NCBI GenBank assembly: GCA_040399745.1 | Contig: JBBARP010000008.1 | Span: forward strand, 4,133-68,132 | DNA: 64,000 bases | Direction: 5' to 3' | DNA from: Bdellovibrionia bacterium | GTDB taxonomy: Bacteria > Bdellovibrionota > UBA1018 | Shown here: positions 1 to 10,532 of the stretch, one piece after another | How the letters are laid out: every line of letters begins with the position of its first letter | Numbering within the stretch: position 1 is the stretch's first letter | Program-made: the position numbers and the translations under genes | The notes under the pieces: generated by a model | The model's input: the letters and a program-made list of their open reading frames with translations, nothing else | The model's database searches: none | What the model was told of the DNA's origin: nothing

Positions 1-518
1 ATGGTTTTTTCTTCCGGAACATGGACATCGCGGTCGTGGGTGGCGGCGACACCGCTATGGAAGAAGCCAACTTTTTAACCCGCTTTGCAAAGTCGGTGAC
101 GGTGATCCATCGTCGCGACACGCTCCGCGCTTCGAAAATCATGCAAGATAAGGCGCAGAAAAATCCGAAGATCCGCTTCATCTGGAATTCCGCCGTGGAC
201 GAAGTTTTGGGTGAAAAAGAAGTGGAAGGCGTGCGCCTCCGGAATCTCGTGGATCAATCGGTGCAGGATGTCGCTGTGAAAGGGGTTTTCGTGGCGATTG
301 GGCACGAGCCGAACACGCGACTCTTCCAAGGACAGTTGAAAATGGATGCTGCGGGTTACTTGGTGACTGAACCAGGTACACCGCGAACGAACATTCCGGG
401 TGTCTTTGCAGCGGGCGATGTGGCCGACCATGTGTATCGTCAGGCGATTACGGCAGCGGGCACAGGTTGTATGGCCGCTATCGACGCGGAACGCTTCCTG
501 GAAGCTTCGGAAGGGTGA
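1..518 (+). CDS. trxB: thioredoxin-disulfide reductase, C-terminal part (gene begins upstream of window)
   Basis: Frame continues open to base 3. Translation GDTAMEEANFL...HRRD...GVFAAGDV...AITAAGTGCMAAIDAERFL matches the NADPH-binding and C-terminal region of TrxB-type FAD/NAD(P) reductases. Confidence 0.85.
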   Translation, partial: GFFFRNMDIAVVGGGDTAMEEANFLTRFAKSVTVIHRRDTLRASKIMQDKAQKNPKIRFIWNSAVDEVLGEKEVEGVRLRNLVDQSVQDVAVKGVFVAIGHEPNTRLFQGQLKMDAAGYLVTEPGTPRTNIPGVFAAGDVADHVYRQAITAAGTGCMAAIDAERFLEASEG

Positions 519-523
519 ACGAA

Positions 524-2041
524 ATGTCGACAGAAGATCTCCACGAGCAGGTACAGGTTCGCTTCGACAAACTGGGTAAGCTCCGTGAAAAGGGCGAAAA
601 CCCCTACAAAAACGGATTTGCCCCGACCGCTCTGGCAGTCGACATGCATAAGCGCTTTGATGAGCGCACCCGTGAAGAGCTCGAAGCCGAGCCGGTTCGT
701 TGCTCGATCGGTGGTCGGATCATGGCGATCCGCGATTTCGGAAAAGCAGGCTTTCTTCAAGTCCGCGACCGAACCGGTATTCTTCAGTTTTACGTTTCCA
801 AGCAAGACTTAGGTGAAGAGGGTCATGCTCGCTACAAGATGCTCGACGTGGGCGACATCGTTTTTGGCGAGGGGAAACTCTTCAAAACGAAGACCAACGA
901 GTTGTCTTTGCACTGCGAGAAGCTCGAGCTTCTCAGTAAATCCCTTCAGCCGTTGCCCGAGAAATATCACGGACTGACGGATGTTGAGACCCGGTACCGT
1001 CAACGGTACGTGGACCTCATCATGAGTGAGGACACCAAAGAAACCTTCCGCAAGCGTTCGCGCATTGTGGGAGAAATTCGGCAATTCTTCCTGGACCTCG
1101 ACTTCATGGAAGTAGAAACGCCGATGATGCATCCCGTGGCCGGCGGTGCAGCGGCGCGTCCTTTCATCACTCACCACAATACTTTGGATGTGGATTTGTT
1201 CCTGCGGATTGCTCCCGAGCTTTATTTGAAGCGCCTCGTGGTGGGCGGCTTTGAGCGGGTGTTTGAAATCAACCGTAACTTCCGGAACGAAGGGATTTCG
1301 ATCAAGCACAATCCCGAATTCACGATGCTGGAGTTCTATCAGACTTACGCCACCTATGAAGACCTGATGGATCTGACCGAGCGTCTGTTCCAGCGCGTGG
1401 CTGACAATGTCCTGGGACGCCGGACTCTGAGCTATCAGGGAACCGAAATCCAATTGGACGGTCGCTGGGAACGCTTGAGCGTCGAGGCTTCGATTTTGAA
1501 GCACTCGGGTTTCAAGGATGTTGCTCACATTCGGGATCGAAACACGCTTCTCGCCTATGGCAAGCAGGCCGGAATTTCGATGGATCCGAAGGACACGGTC
1601 GGTAGCCTGATGATGCGGATCTTCGACGAAGAGGTCGAAGCGAAGCTGATTCAGCCGACTTTCATCACGCACTACCCGACGGATGTTTCGCCGCTTTCGC
1701 GCTTGAACGAAAAGGATCCGTTCCTCGTCGACCGGTTTGAACTCTTCATCTACGGACGCGAGATGGCGAACGCTTTCTCGGAGCTCAATGATCCGATCGA
1801 CCAGAAAGATCGCTTCCAGAAGCAAGTGGATGCGAAAACTGCTGGGGACGAAGAAGCATGCGACATGGACGAAGATTATGTCCGCGCGCTGGAGTACGGC
1901 ATGCCGCCGACGGCAGGTGAAGGGATCGGCATTGACCGGATGGTCATGCTGTTCACCGATTCGGCGTCGATTCGAGATGTGATCTTGTTCCCTCAAATGC
2001 GACCCTTGCCCAAGGGCGAAGCAGTCCCTCAGGCGGAATAG
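524..2041 (+). CDS. lysS: lysine--tRNA ligase (class II)
   Basis: Start MSTEDLHEQ at 524. Anticodon-binding OB domain plus class II core motifs (FRNEG, GGAARPF, C-terminal GIGIDR). Confidence 0.95.
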   Translation: MSTEDLHEQVQVRFDKLGKLREKGENPYKNGFAPTALAVDMHKRFDERTREELEAEPVRCSIGGRIMAIRDFGKAGFLQVRDRTGILQFYVSKQDLGEEGHARYKMLDVGDIVFGEGKLFKTKTNELSLHCEKLELLSKSLQPLPEKYHGLTDVETRYRQRYVDLIMSEDTKETFRKRSRIVGEIRQFFLDLDFMEVETPMMHPVAGGAAARPFITHHNTLDVDLFLRIAPELYLKRLVVGGFERVFEINRNFRNEGISIKHNPEFTMLEFYQTYATYEDLMDLTERLFQRVADNVLGRRTLSYQGTEIQLDGRWERLSVEASILKHSGFKDVAHIRDRNTLLAYGKQAGISMDPKDTVGSLMMRIFDEEVEAKLIQPTFITHYPTDVSPLSRLNEKDPFLVDRFELFIYGREMANAFSELNDPIDQKDRFQKQVDAKTAGDEEACDMDEDYVRALEYGMPPTAGEGIGIDRMVMLFTDSASIRDVILFPQMRPLPKGEAVPQAE

Positions 2042-2044
2042 ACG

Positions 2045-3274
2045 ATGGAGACTCAGGGCTCGGCGGTACCTAAGCTGGCCTGGCGGTTCCTCCTGTCGAG
2101 ACAGTCGGACGGGTTTCTTTCCTTCATTGCCTGGGTTTCTGTGGTGGGGGTGGCTCTTGGCGTGATTGCGCTTGTTGTCGTGACGAGCGTGATCAACGGG
2201 TTTGAGGGCGAGCTCGTTCGTTCCATCACAGGGATGAACGGGGACGTGGTTCTTTACTCGCGTGGCGAGCCAGTCTCGCAGCCCGAGGTGGTCATCGCCA
2301 AGGTGAAGCAGCAGGTTCCTGAGCTTGTGGCCATTTCGCCCACCTTCGTGGCTGAGATGATGGCGGGCGGAACGCGTGCGGTATCTGGCGCTGTGGTGGA
2401 AGGCGTCGATCCTTCGACTTCAGGTCAGGTCACGCGGCTTCTTTCTCGAGTCAAAGAGGGGCGTTTCCCGGAGGCGGCCGATGAGGTGGCGGTGGGAAAG
2501 GCTTTGGCCGAAAAAATCGGGGTCAAAGTAGGGGATCCGATCCGAATCATCGCCCCCTTCGCGGGCGAAGCGGAAGCAGGGGAGCCTCCTGCTCCTAAAG
2601 TTTGGCCAGCCAAAGTGAGTGGGATCGTTCAGATGGGGATGCATGAGTACGACTCCAAGTCGGTATTCACGCTCCTGCCGTCCCTGCAGAATTTTGTGGG
2701 TGCGGGTGGAAAAGTGACTGCTTTTCGCCTGAAACTGGCTCCTTCGGCTGATTCGCGAGCCGTCTCAGATCGGCTGAGTGATTTTTTTGGCTACCCTTTC
2801 CGCGCAAAAGATTGGGGCCAGATGAATCGAAATCTTCTCTACGCGATTCGGCTCGAGAAGGTGGTGATTGCCATCATTCTCGGTGTGATTGTCATTGTGG
2901 CCGCTTTCAATGTGGTCAGCACCTTGATGATGATGATTCACGACAAGGCTCGGGAAATTGCGATTTTGAAGACCATGGGGTTTACGCCCGGGCAGAGTTT
3001 TGCACTGTTTTGCCTGGTTGGGATGGCCATTGGTGCAGCGGGCACGGTGGGCGGAATTCTTTTGGGTCTGACGCTGAACGAAGTGCTGGCCACCACCCAG
3101 CTCATCCGGCTGCCTCCAGATATTTACGGAATCGACTTCCTTCCGGTGGTCGTGCGGTGGAAAGAAATTTTGGGGATCGGCGGAGCATCTCTGGCGGTCA
3201 CTTTCATTGCAACGTTCTTCCCCGCGCGCCAGGTTTCCAGACAGGCTCCCTTGGATGGGATAAAGTACGGTTGA
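2045..3274 (+). CDS. lipoprotein-releasing system permease, LolC/LolE (FtsX/MacB-type)
   Basis: N-terminal TM helix, large periplasmic domain and a C-terminal FtsX 3-TM bundle. Immediately followed by lolD with near-overlap. Confidence 0.8.
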   Translation: METQGSAVPKLAWRFLLSRQSDGFLSFIAWVSVVGVALGVIALVVVTSVINGFEGELVRSITGMNGDVVLYSRGEPVSQPEVVIAKVKQQVPELVAISPTFVAEMMAGGTRAVSGAVVEGVDPSTSGQVTRLLSRVKEGRFPEAADEVAVGKALAEKIGVKVGDPIRIIAPFAGEAEAGEPPAPKVWPAKVSGIVQMGMHEYDSKSVFTLLPSLQNFVGAGGKVTAFRLKLAPSADSRAVSDRLSDFFGYPFRAKDWGQMNRNLLYAIRLEKVVIAIILGVIVIVAAFNVVSTLMMMIHDKAREIAILKTMGFTPGQSFALFCLVGMAIGAAGTVGGILLGLTLNEVLATTQLIRLPPDIYGIDFLPVVVRWKEILGIGGASLAVTFIATFFPARQVSRQAPLDGIKYG

Positions 3275-3275
3275 G

Positions 3276-3959
3276 ATGGCGGAGATTCTGCTTCAGGCCG
3301 AGGGCCTCAAGAAAACGTTTCGGAAGGGCAAGGGAGATGTCCCCGTCGTTCGAGGTGTGGACTTTACCTTGGAAGTTGGAGAAACCGTGGCGATCACGGG
3401 AGCTTCAGGAGTCGGGAAAAGTACGCTCCTTCACATGTTGGGCACCTTGGAAGAGCCAACCTCCGGGAAAGTCTTCTTTGGGTCGGAACGAAAAGATCTG
3501 TTTCGGCTGAGTGAAAAGGAGCTCGCGCGGTTTCGGAATCGCCACTTAGGCTTCGTCTTTCAGTTCCACTATCTTTTGCCCGAATTCACCGCTTTAGAGA
3601 ATGTGGTGATGCCTGCGATGATTGCGGGCTTCCCGCGTGCGCCTTCCGACAAGCAGGCTCGTGACTTGCTCGACTTTGTGGGGCTGAAACATCGCCTGCA
3701 TCATCGTCCGGCAGAGCTTTCAGGGGGAGAGCAGCAGCGCGTGGCGATTGCGCGTGCGCTGATCCTTCGCCCGAAATTACTTTTGGCAGATGAATTGACC
3801 GGGAATCTCGACTCTGGAAACGGAGCTCAAGTTTTGGAACTCCTGCAACGACTCAATCAGGCAACGGGCGTATCCATTCTTTTGGTCACCCACGATCAGG
3901 GACTTGCGAAAAAGATGCATCGCGTTCTTGAAATGCGCGACGGAGTTTTCGTCAGTTAA
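3276..3959 (+). CDS. lolD: lipoprotein-releasing system ATP-binding protein
   Basis: Walker [13 protein letters not shown] signature LSGGEQQR, Walker B LLLADE. Coupled to the upstream FtsX permease. Confidence 0.9.
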   Translation: MAEILLQAEGLKKTFRKGKGDVPVVRGVDFTLEVGETVAITGASGVGKSTLLHMLGTLEEPTSGKVFFGSERKDLFRLSEKELARFRNRHLGFVFQFHYLLPEFTALENVVMPAMIAGFPRAPSDKQARDLLDFVGLKHRLHHRPAELSGGEQQRVAIARALILRPKLLLADELTGNLDSGNGAQVLELLQRLNQATGVSILLVTHDQGLAKKMHRVLEMRDGVFVS

Positions 3960-4035
3960 TTCGTTGACTATCCCCTATCGCCCTCCTACAGATAATGGTG
4001 TGAATTTCCACGCCCGGAAACTTCTTCAGCTTTCG

Positions 4036-6318
4036 ATGCTGGCTCTTCTAGCCGCGCTCCCCGCATTTGCGGCACCTGTCGAGGACAGCTTCTCGGGGAA
4101 AACCGTGTCTTCGGTTGAAGTGCGCGGTCAGAAGCGACTCGAAAAAGAGGCCGTTCTCAATAAATTGGGAACGCGTGTGGGTTCGTCGCTTTCTCGAGAA
4201 GCTCTGCGCTCGGACGTGCAGGCACTCTACGCCATGGGGTACTTCGACGATATCTCGGTTCAGGCAGAAGCGGGGCCTGAGGGAGTGCGTCTGGTTTTCG
4301 TCGTGCAAGAGCGTCCTGTTGTGGCGACGGTGACTTTTGAAGGAAATCGCCAGCTCGGCACGTCTGATCTGAAAGAAGTCGTGAAGGTTAAAGAGTGGTC
4401 GATCCTAGACGTGAATAAAGTGCGTCAGGACGTCGGCCTCCTTCAAAAGCATTACGAAGACAAAGGCTTCTTCCTGGCGAAAGTGAGTTACGAGATTCGC
4501 CCGACCAAAGATGAACAGGTCGAGGTGGTCTACAAAGTCAGCGATTTCGACAAAATTGAAATCAAGAAAATTACTTTCCTGAACAACCGGGCTTTCAGCG
4601 ATTCCCAACTCAAAGCGGTTTTGGGAGAAACCCGTGAGGGTGGGCTGCTGTCCTTCTTGGGTAGCTCCGGAAGCTTTAAGGAAAGCGCTTTTAAGACGGA
4701 CCTTCAGCGTCTGACTTATTTTTACCTTGAGAATGGCTACGTGAAGTTTCGGTATGAGAACCCGATCATCACGGTGAGTGAGGACAAAAGGTTCCTTTAT
4801 CTGACCGTCTACGTGGACGAAGGCGATCCGTACACGGTAGGAAATATCGACTTTTCCGGCGATCTCCTGTTTTCCAAGGAGGAACTCGCCCTCGACGTAA
4901 AGAATACGACGGGCGATGCCTTTGCGATTTCGAAGCGAAATGCCGACATTCAGCGGTTGACCGAGCGGTACCAGGACAAAGGGTATGCGTTCGTGAACGT
5001 GATCCCCCGCATGAACATCCGCGAGGATGTGAAGCTGGTGGATATCGATTACGCCTTCGAGAAGGGCAGCCTCGTTCGCTTTGGTGAGATCAATATCCTC
5101 GGGAACACGAAAACCTACGATAAGGTCATCCGGCGTGAAGTCCGATTCAAAGAAGGAGATCTCTACAGTGGGACCCTTCTGCGACAGTCGCGTGAATCGG
5201 TGGAGCGATTGGGCTTCTTTGCCCCGGGCGAAGTGATCTTCAATACGGTTTCCCCCAAAGGGAAGGCGGATGTGGTCGATGTGGAAGTCACCGTAAAGGA
5301 ACGGTCTACTGGCACCATTACTTTGGGTGCGGGCTACGGATCCGTTCAAAAGTTCTTCTTCACGACCCAGATTTCCGAGATCAATCTCTTTGGTCGTGGC
5401 CAGAACCTGAGTTTGACTTCTCAGTGGGCGGCGAACCAGCAGTCCAAAAGCTTCAACCTCGGATTTACCGACCCCTACGCATTCGACACCCGTTGGTCGA
5501 TGGGCTTTGACTTGTTTTACGTCAACTTCCCGATTCCTCAGAAGTACACCACGAGGAAACTCGGGTTTGACGTGCGTTTCGGGTATCCCTTGGGGCAGTA
5601 CACCAATGGCTTCATTACTTATAAAAACGAGGGGCTGAAGATTGAGCCTGATCTCAACGCGAACCTCGATCCTACCGAGGTGGCTGCCGATCAAGGCGTC
5701 CTCTCGAGCGTAATCACCAGCGTGGTTCGAGACAAACGGAACAACCGGTTTGAGACCACGGGCGGCAACTATCAAAGCGTTTCGCTGGAAACGGCCGGTC
5801 TGGGCGGGGATAAGCACTTTTATAAGCTGACCGCAAATAATCGCTACTATACGCGCTTGATTGGAAACCTAGTTTTCAGAAATAGCGTTGAATTCGGTCA
5901 GATTTATCAGCCCGGAGGAGGAATTATTCCCCCGTCCGAGAAGTTCTTCTTAGGTGGACCGAACAACTTGAAAGGTTTTCAGTTGTTCTCAGTGGGCCCG
6001 AAGCGCACTCGGACCACCTTGGATGGGTTCACCTTTCAGGAGCCGCTCGGGGGCGCCGTTCAAGCATTTGGTCTGTTTGAGCTGGAGCATCCTTTGGTTT
6101 CGGATGCGGGGCTAAAGTTTGTTACCTTCTTTGACGCCGGAAACTCCTACGGAGCCTGGCCAGGATTCCAGAATTTTGAAATCAGGACCGACGCAGGCCT
6201 TGGGTTGCGGTGGTTCTCTCCGATCGGTCCACTTCGATTTGAGTGGGGTTTTCCGCTGGATCGAAAGCCGGGTGAAGACAGCGTTGTCTTCAACTTCTTC
6301 ATCGGCCCGCCGTTCTGA
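4036..6318 (+). CDS. bamA: outer membrane protein assembly factor BamA (Omp85)
   Basis: Signal peptide MLALLAALPAFAAP, repeated POTRA-like segments, C-terminal beta-barrel ending in aromatic F. Conserved position upstream of skp-lpxD. The ORF track start at 3904 is likely too early; ATG at 4036 gives the signal peptide. Confidence 0.9.
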   Translation: MLALLAALPAFAAPVEDSFSGKTVSSVEVRGQKRLEKEAVLNKLGTRVGSSLSREALRSDVQALYAMGYFDDISVQAEAGPEGVRLVFVVQERPVVATVTFEGNRQLGTSDLKEVVKVKEWSILDVNKVRQDVGLLQKHYEDKGFFLAKVSYEIRPTKDEQVEVVYKVSDFDKIEIKKITFLNNRAFSDSQLKAVLGETREGGLLSFLGSSGSFKESAFKTDLQRLTYFYLENGYVKFRYENPIITVSEDKRFLYLTVYVDEGDPYTVGNIDFSGDLLFSKEELALDVKNTTGDAFAISKRNADIQRLTERYQDKGYAFVNVIPRMNIREDVKLVDIDYAFEKGSLVRFGEINILGNTKTYDKVIRREVRFKEGDLYSGTLLRQSRESVERLGFFAPGEVIFNTVSPKGKADVVDVEVTVKERSTGTITLGAGYGSVQKFFFTTQISEINLFGRGQNLSLTSQWAANQQSKSFNLGFTDPYAFDTRWSMGFDLFYVNFPIPQKYTTRKLGFDVRFGYPLGQYTNGFITYKNEGLKIEPDLNANLDPTEVAADQGVLSSVITSVVRDKRNNRFETTGGNYQSVSLETAGLGGDKHFYKLTANNRYYTRLIGNLVFRNSVEFGQIYQPGGGIIPPSEKFFLGGPNNLKGFQLFSVGPKRTRTTLDGFTFQEPLGGAVQAFGLFELEHPLVSDAGLKFVTFFDAGNSYGAWPGFQNFEIRTDAGLGLRWFSPIGPLRFEWGFPLDRKPGEDSVVFNFFIGPPF

Positions 6319-6371
6319 TCTCTCGGGGCCGCCCATTGTTTTCATCGCTGGGATGTGATTTCTTTGGCCCC

Positions 6372-6887
6372 ATGAAAACAAAATTTGCCTGGATCGTGGC
6401 CGTTGCATTGATGAGTTCAGTGGCTTCTGCTGAGGATGCCAAAGTAGGTTTAGTGGACATGCAGCGTGCGTTGCAGACCACTGAGGCCGGGAAAAAAGCT
6501 CGCGCTCAGTTGGAAAAAGAATTCAAAGCCACTAAGGCGCAATTTGATGCTGAAAAAGCGTCGATTGAAAAAATGGGCGAAGAGTTTAAGAAGCAGTCCC
6601 TCGTGTTGAGTGACGAAGCTCGCGCCAAGAAGCAGGCCGAGGTCCAGGAACGCATCATGAAGTTCCAGGAAAAGGCGTCGCGCTCCCAACAGGAAATTCA
6701 AAATAAAGAACGTCAGTTGACGAGCCCGATGATTGAGAAAATTCGCACCATCGTGGCTGAGCTTGCAAAACAAAAAGGCTATTCAGTGATTCTTGAAAAA
6801 GGAGAGGCCAATGTTTTGTTCTCCTTGGAAAAAGATGACCTGACCGCGGAAGTGGTAACGGCTTTCAATAAGCAGAATAAGGGCTGA
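6372..6887 (+). CDS. skp: periplasmic chaperone Skp/OmpH
   Basis: Signal peptide [20 protein letters not shown] followed by a K/E/Q-rich coiled-coil of about 170 aa. Canonical bamA-skp-lpxD synteny. Confidence 0.8.
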   Translation: MKTKFAWIVAVALMSSVASAEDAKVGLVDMQRALQTTEAGKKARAQLEKEFKATKAQFDAEKASIEKMGEEFKKQSLVLSDEARAKKQAEVQERIMKFQEKASRSQQEIQNKERQLTSPMIEKIRTIVAELAKQKGYSVILEKGEANVLFSLEKDDLTAEVVTAFNKQNKG

Positions 6888-7972
6888 TGAAAGGCTTCAC
6901 GAGCGAGCAGATCCTGGCGTGGTCGGGTGGCCGGGCGGTGAACTCTGAGTCCCTGGAAAGGGACTGGAGGCAGATCCGCGTCGAACGCCCGGCCCCTTTG
7001 GAGTTGTGTGGTCCGGAGGACTTAGGATTCTTCTTCTCTCGCGAGTACGAGGCAGAGCTTCCGAAAACTCGTGCGGGGATTTTGATCACCGGCGAGCCCT
7101 TTGTGAGGCCTTTGGAGGCCTCGGGGCTTCCTCTCTGGCGAAGCACGTTGGTGATCGCCTGTTCTGATCCCTATTTGGCGATGGCTCAATTGACGGCGAA
7201 ATTTGCGCCGCGACTCTCGACTTCTGCCCATTTGGAGGCGCCACAGACTCGGGAAATTCATCCGACTGCTGTGATTCATCCGTCTGCCCGAATCGGCGAT
7301 CGCGTTCGAATCGGCGCTCACTGCGTGATCGAAGCTTCGGCCGAAGTAGGTGAGGGTTGCGTGCTTTATCCGGGAGTCTTTCTCGGTCCCCACGCCACGC
7401 TTGGCTCGGATTGTGTTTTGTTCCCGCAGGTCGTGATCTACGAACTGACTCAAATCGGGGATCGCGCTCGCATCCACGCAGGGACTGTGATCGGCGCCGA
7501 CGGCTTTGGTTATGCGCCCATCCGCCAAGGCCGGCAGGTGACGGGCCATGAGAAGATCCATCACTTGGGCCGAGTGGTTTTGGGGAACGACGTTGAGATT
7601 GGCGCGAACTCCCAGGTGGACCGCGGGACTCTCGGAGACACTGTTCTCGGCGACCAAGTGAAACTCGATAACGGAGTTCAAGTTGGGCACAATTGTGTTC
7701 TCGCCGAGGGGGCAGTGGTCTGCGGCGGAACGGCGCTCGCCGGTCGCACGCGCCTGGGTCGATATGTTTACATTGGTGGCAATTCGGGAATCGCCAACGC
7801 GGTGGTAGTGGGCGACGGCGCTCAAGTCGGTGCACTCACTTTGGTGACGCGAGACATACCTGCGGGTTCGACAGCATTGGGCGCGCCCCAGCGCGAGTTT
7901 CGCGAACATTTGAAGGCACACGCGCTTTTGAATCAGCTTTTAGAAGATCGAAGCAAGAAACGTCGCGGCTGA
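6887..7972 (+). CDS. lpxD: UDP-3-O-acylglucosamine N-acyltransferase
   Basis: Extensive hexapeptide (left-handed beta-helix) repeats. Position between skp and fabZ. Start overlaps the skp stop (ATGA). Confidence 0.9.
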   Translation: MKGFTSEQILAWSGGRAVNSESLERDWRQIRVERPAPLELCGPEDLGFFFSREYEAELPKTRAGILITGEPFVRPLEASGLPLWRSTLVIACSDPYLAMAQLTAKFAPRLSTSAHLEAPQTREIHPTAVIHPSARIGDRVRIGAHCVIEASAEVGEGCVLYPGVFLGPHATLGSDCVLFPQVVIYELTQIGDRARIHAGTVIGADGFGYAPIRQGRQVTGHEKIHHLGRVVLGNDVEIGANSQVDRGTLGDTVLGDQVKLDNGVQVGHNCVLAEGAVVCGGTALAGRTRLGRYVYIGGNSGIANAVVVGDGAQVGALTLVTRDIPAGSTALGAPQREFREHLKAHALLNQLLEDRSKKRRG

Positions 7973-7992
7973 CTCAGCCGCTTGAGGGAAAA

Positions 7993-8514
7993 ATGGAAAC
8001 GAATCGCGAGCGAAAAGAATATCGGCTAGGGATTGATCAGGTTCGCCGCTGGCTGCCTCACCGGGCGCCCTTTCTGATGGTTGACCGCATTCTTGATATT
8101 CATCCCATTGGAGATATTGAAAAGCCGGACTTCTCGCAGTCCATGGCTGGAATCAAAGTGATTGGCCTCAAGGCTGTCAGTTATAATGAGCCCATCTTTC
8201 AGGGGCATTTCCCTGATTTCTCGATTTTTCCGGGAGTGATGGTCATTGAGGCGATGGCTCAAGTAGGGAGTTTTTCGGTGTATCCCTATTTTATGAAGAC
8301 TCCGGATCAGGATCCCCCGAAGCTCGAGACTATACTCGTTGGGGTGGATAATGTTCGATTCCGTCGTCCGGTGGTTCCTGGGGATTTCTTGAGGATCGAG
8401 ACGCTTGTGACCAAGACTCGCAAGCACATGTGGATTTATGATGCTGTAGCGACAGTCGACGGCGAGAAAGTCGCTGAGGCCTCGATCATGGCCAACTTGA
8501 AGCTGGAGACATAA
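7993..8514 (+). CDS. fabZ: 3-hydroxyacyl-ACP dehydratase
   Basis: METNRERKEYRLGIDQVRRWLPHRAPFLMVDRILD...GHFP hot-dog fold motifs. The track ORF 7693 start is an upstream extension overlapping lpxD. Confidence 0.9.
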   Translation: METNRERKEYRLGIDQVRRWLPHRAPFLMVDRILDIHPIGDIEKPDFSQSMAGIKVIGLKAVSYNEPIFQGHFPDFSIFPGVMVIEAMAQVGSFSVYPYFMKTPDQDPPKLETILVGVDNVRFRRPVVPGDFLRIETLVTKTRKHMWIYDAVATVDGEKVAEASIMANLKLET

Positions 8515-8517
8515 GAG

Positions 8518-9291
8518 ATGATCCATCCAACTGCATTGATTCATCCAGACGCGCAGCTTGATCCCACCGTCGAAGTGGGGCCTTGGTGTTCCATCGGACC
8601 GAAGGTCAAAATCGGCAAAGGGACCCGCTTGATCAGCCACGTCGTCGTCGACGGCTGGACCGAGATCGGTGAGGACAACTTAGTTTTTCCATTCGCCGTT
8701 TTGGGCGCGGTTCCGCAGGACCTCAAGTACAACGGCGAGGACACTCGTCTGGTCATCGGAAATCGAAATAAAATTCGCGAAAGCTCGACCTTGAATCTTG
8801 GAACCGTTCAAGGCGGGGGATTCACTCGGCTGGGCGATGATTGCCTTTTGATGGCGTATAGCCACCTGGGCCATGACTCCATTATTGGCAATCACTGTAT
8901 CCTGGCGAACTCGGTCGCAGTCGCAGGCCACGTGATTTTGGAAGATTATGTCACCCTCGGTGGGATGACTGCCGTGGCTCAGTTCGTTCGGGTGGGCGCG
9001 CATTCCTATGCGGGTGGGCAGTCAGGGATTGAGAAGGATGTCCCTCCCTTTTCGATCGTTGTGGGTTCTCGTCCTTGTAGCCTGAAGGGCGCCAATATCG
9101 TGGGCTTGAAGCGCCGCGGATTTTCGCCTGAAGCGGTCTCCAAGATCCACGAGGCGATGAAGCTTTGGGGTCGAGGCGAGGTTCAGAAAGACGCCTGTTT
9201 GCAGGAAATCGAAGCCCAGATGGGTGACGTTCCTGAGGTCAGGAAACTGCTCGACTTCATTCGGTCGAGTGATACCGGAGTGATCCGCTGA
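8518..9291 (+). CDS. lpxA: acyl-ACP--UDP-N-acetylglucosamine O-acyltransferase
   Basis: MIHPTALIHPDAQL start, hexapeptide repeats and C-terminal helical domain. fabZ-lpxA-lpxB order. Confidence 0.9.
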   Translation: MIHPTALIHPDAQLDPTVEVGPWCSIGPKVKIGKGTRLISHVVVDGWTEIGEDNLVFPFAVLGAVPQDLKYNGEDTRLVIGNRNKIRESSTLNLGTVQGGGFTRLGDDCLLMAYSHLGHDSIIGNHCILANSVAVAGHVILEDYVTLGGMTAVAQFVRVGAHSYAGGQSGIEKDVPPFSIVVGSRPCSLKGANIVGLKRRGFSPEAVSKIHEAMKLWGRGEVQKDACLQEIEAQMGDVPEVRKLLDFIRSSDTGVIR

Positions 9292-9296
9292 GAATC

Positions 9297-10532
9297 TTGA
9301 TTTCTGCAGCTGAAGCCTCTTCCGATGTACATGGGGCCCAGCTTTTGCGGGCGCTGAGGGGATTGGTGTCTCCTGGTGAAACGCTCGAGGCTTTCGGTGC
9401 AGGCGGTTCTCGTCTCCGGGCAGAGGGCTTGGAAGCGGGCGTGGATGCGCGCGATCTTTTAGCCATGGGCTCGGTCGAAGTTTTGGGTCGGTTGCCAAAG
9501 ATTCGTAAGGCCTTAGTTCAGCTTGAGGGCATGGCCCGCGAGAGGCGTCCTGAAATCGCAGTTCTCATTGATTATCCAGAATTCCACCTGCGTCTTGCCG
9601 CTCGCCTGAAAAAACTCGGAATTCCCGTGGTTTGTTTTATTCCCCCAAAACTCTGGGTTTGGAGGAAAGGGCGAATTCGAAAACTTCGAGATCTTTTTGC
9701 GAAGGTTCTTTGCATTCTTCCTTTTGAAGAAGCGTTCTACGCTCGCGAGGGAATGCCGGTCAGCTATGTCGGCAATCCGCTCATCGATGAACTGCCTTGG
9801 TCGTTGACGCGAGAGGAAGCCCGGCGAGAGTTGGGTTGGTCGGAGAGTGATCTGGGGGTTGCCCTTCTTCCGGGAAGCCGTCCGGCCGAGTTGGATCGGC
9901 ACTTTGAAGTCATGCTTCAGGCGACGGCGAGCTTGGTTCCGGAGCTGCGCGCGCGCGGAAAGCTTGCTCCTGGGGCTCAGCTGAAAGTCGTGATTCCTTT
10001 AGCTGAGACGACCGATTTAGCTCGTTGGCAGGGCCGATTGTCAGAAGGGCGTTGGTCCAGGGACCTTCCTCGTGAATGGTCCGATGGCGTTCGTGTGCTG
10101 CTCAGTCAAGGGGGCGCGCATCGGGCGCTTCGGGCTGCGGACGCGGGGATTGTAAAGTCAGGGACGTCTACCTTGGAGGCAGGCCTTTTAGGGTTGCCTC
10201 ATGTGGTGATGTATCGCCCGTCTGCGGTCACTGCGTTTTTGTTTCAGCACCTGGTGCGGTATCGCGATCCCGTCGCTTTGGTGAATTTGATGAAGCGCGA
10301 TTCTGCGGGGCGACCGATTCAGGTCCTTCCTGAATTACTCTGCGAGCAGGCGACGCCGGGCGCATTAGCGAAGGCGCTGGGTCCGATGCTTTGGGATGAA
10401 GCTTATCTAAACACGTTGGCTCGTGAGTTAAGCGAAGTTCGACGGGTAGTTTTTGGGGGAGGAGATCGTCCGATTTCGCCGAGCTTACGAGCAGCGGAAG
10501 AGGTTCGATTGGTTTGGAGTGCAGGCCGATGA
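9297..10532 (+). CDS. lpxB: lipid-A-disaccharide synthase
   Basis: N-terminal AAEASSDVHGAQLLRAL matches the LpxB GEASGD-type motif. GT-B fold length of about 410 aa. Confidence 0.85.
   Translation: MISAAEASSDVHGAQLLRALRGLVSPGETLEAFGAGGSRLRAEGLEAGVDARDLLAMGSVEVLGRLPKIRKALVQLEGMARERRPEIAVLIDYPEFHLRLAARLKKLGIPVVCFIPPKLWVWRKGRIRKLRDLFAKVLCILPFEEAFYAREGMPVSYVGNPLIDELPWSLTREEARRELGWSESDLGVALLPGSRPAELDRHFEVMLQATASLVPELRARGKLAPGAQLKVVIPLAETTDLARWQGRLSEGRWSRDLPREWSDGVRVLLSQGGAHRALRAADAGIVKSGTSTLEAGLLGLPHVVMYRPSAVTAFLFQHLVRYRDPVALVNLMKRDSAGRPIQVLPELLCEQATPGALAKALGPMLWDEAYLNTLARELSEVRRVVFGGGDRPISPSLRAAEEVRLVWSAGR

Noticed and set aside
809-1996. 395-aa minus-strand ORF antisense to lysS. Also 4405-5817(-) antisense to bamA, 7022-7921(-) and 7086-7835(-) antisense to lpxD, and 14978-16708(-) antisense to rpsA.
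   Set aside because: Each lies exactly opposite a confidently identified conserved gene. Translations are low-complexity (Arg/His/Leu-rich) with no motifs. They are typical stop-codon-poor shadow ORFs of GC-rich coding DNA.
2812-3510. 232-aa plus-strand ORF overlapping the lolE 3' half and lolD 5' half in another frame. Similar 10076-10333(+) and 13570-14064(+).
   Set aside because: Out-of-frame overlaps with strongly supported genes. Cys/Arg/Gly-rich nonsense translations.
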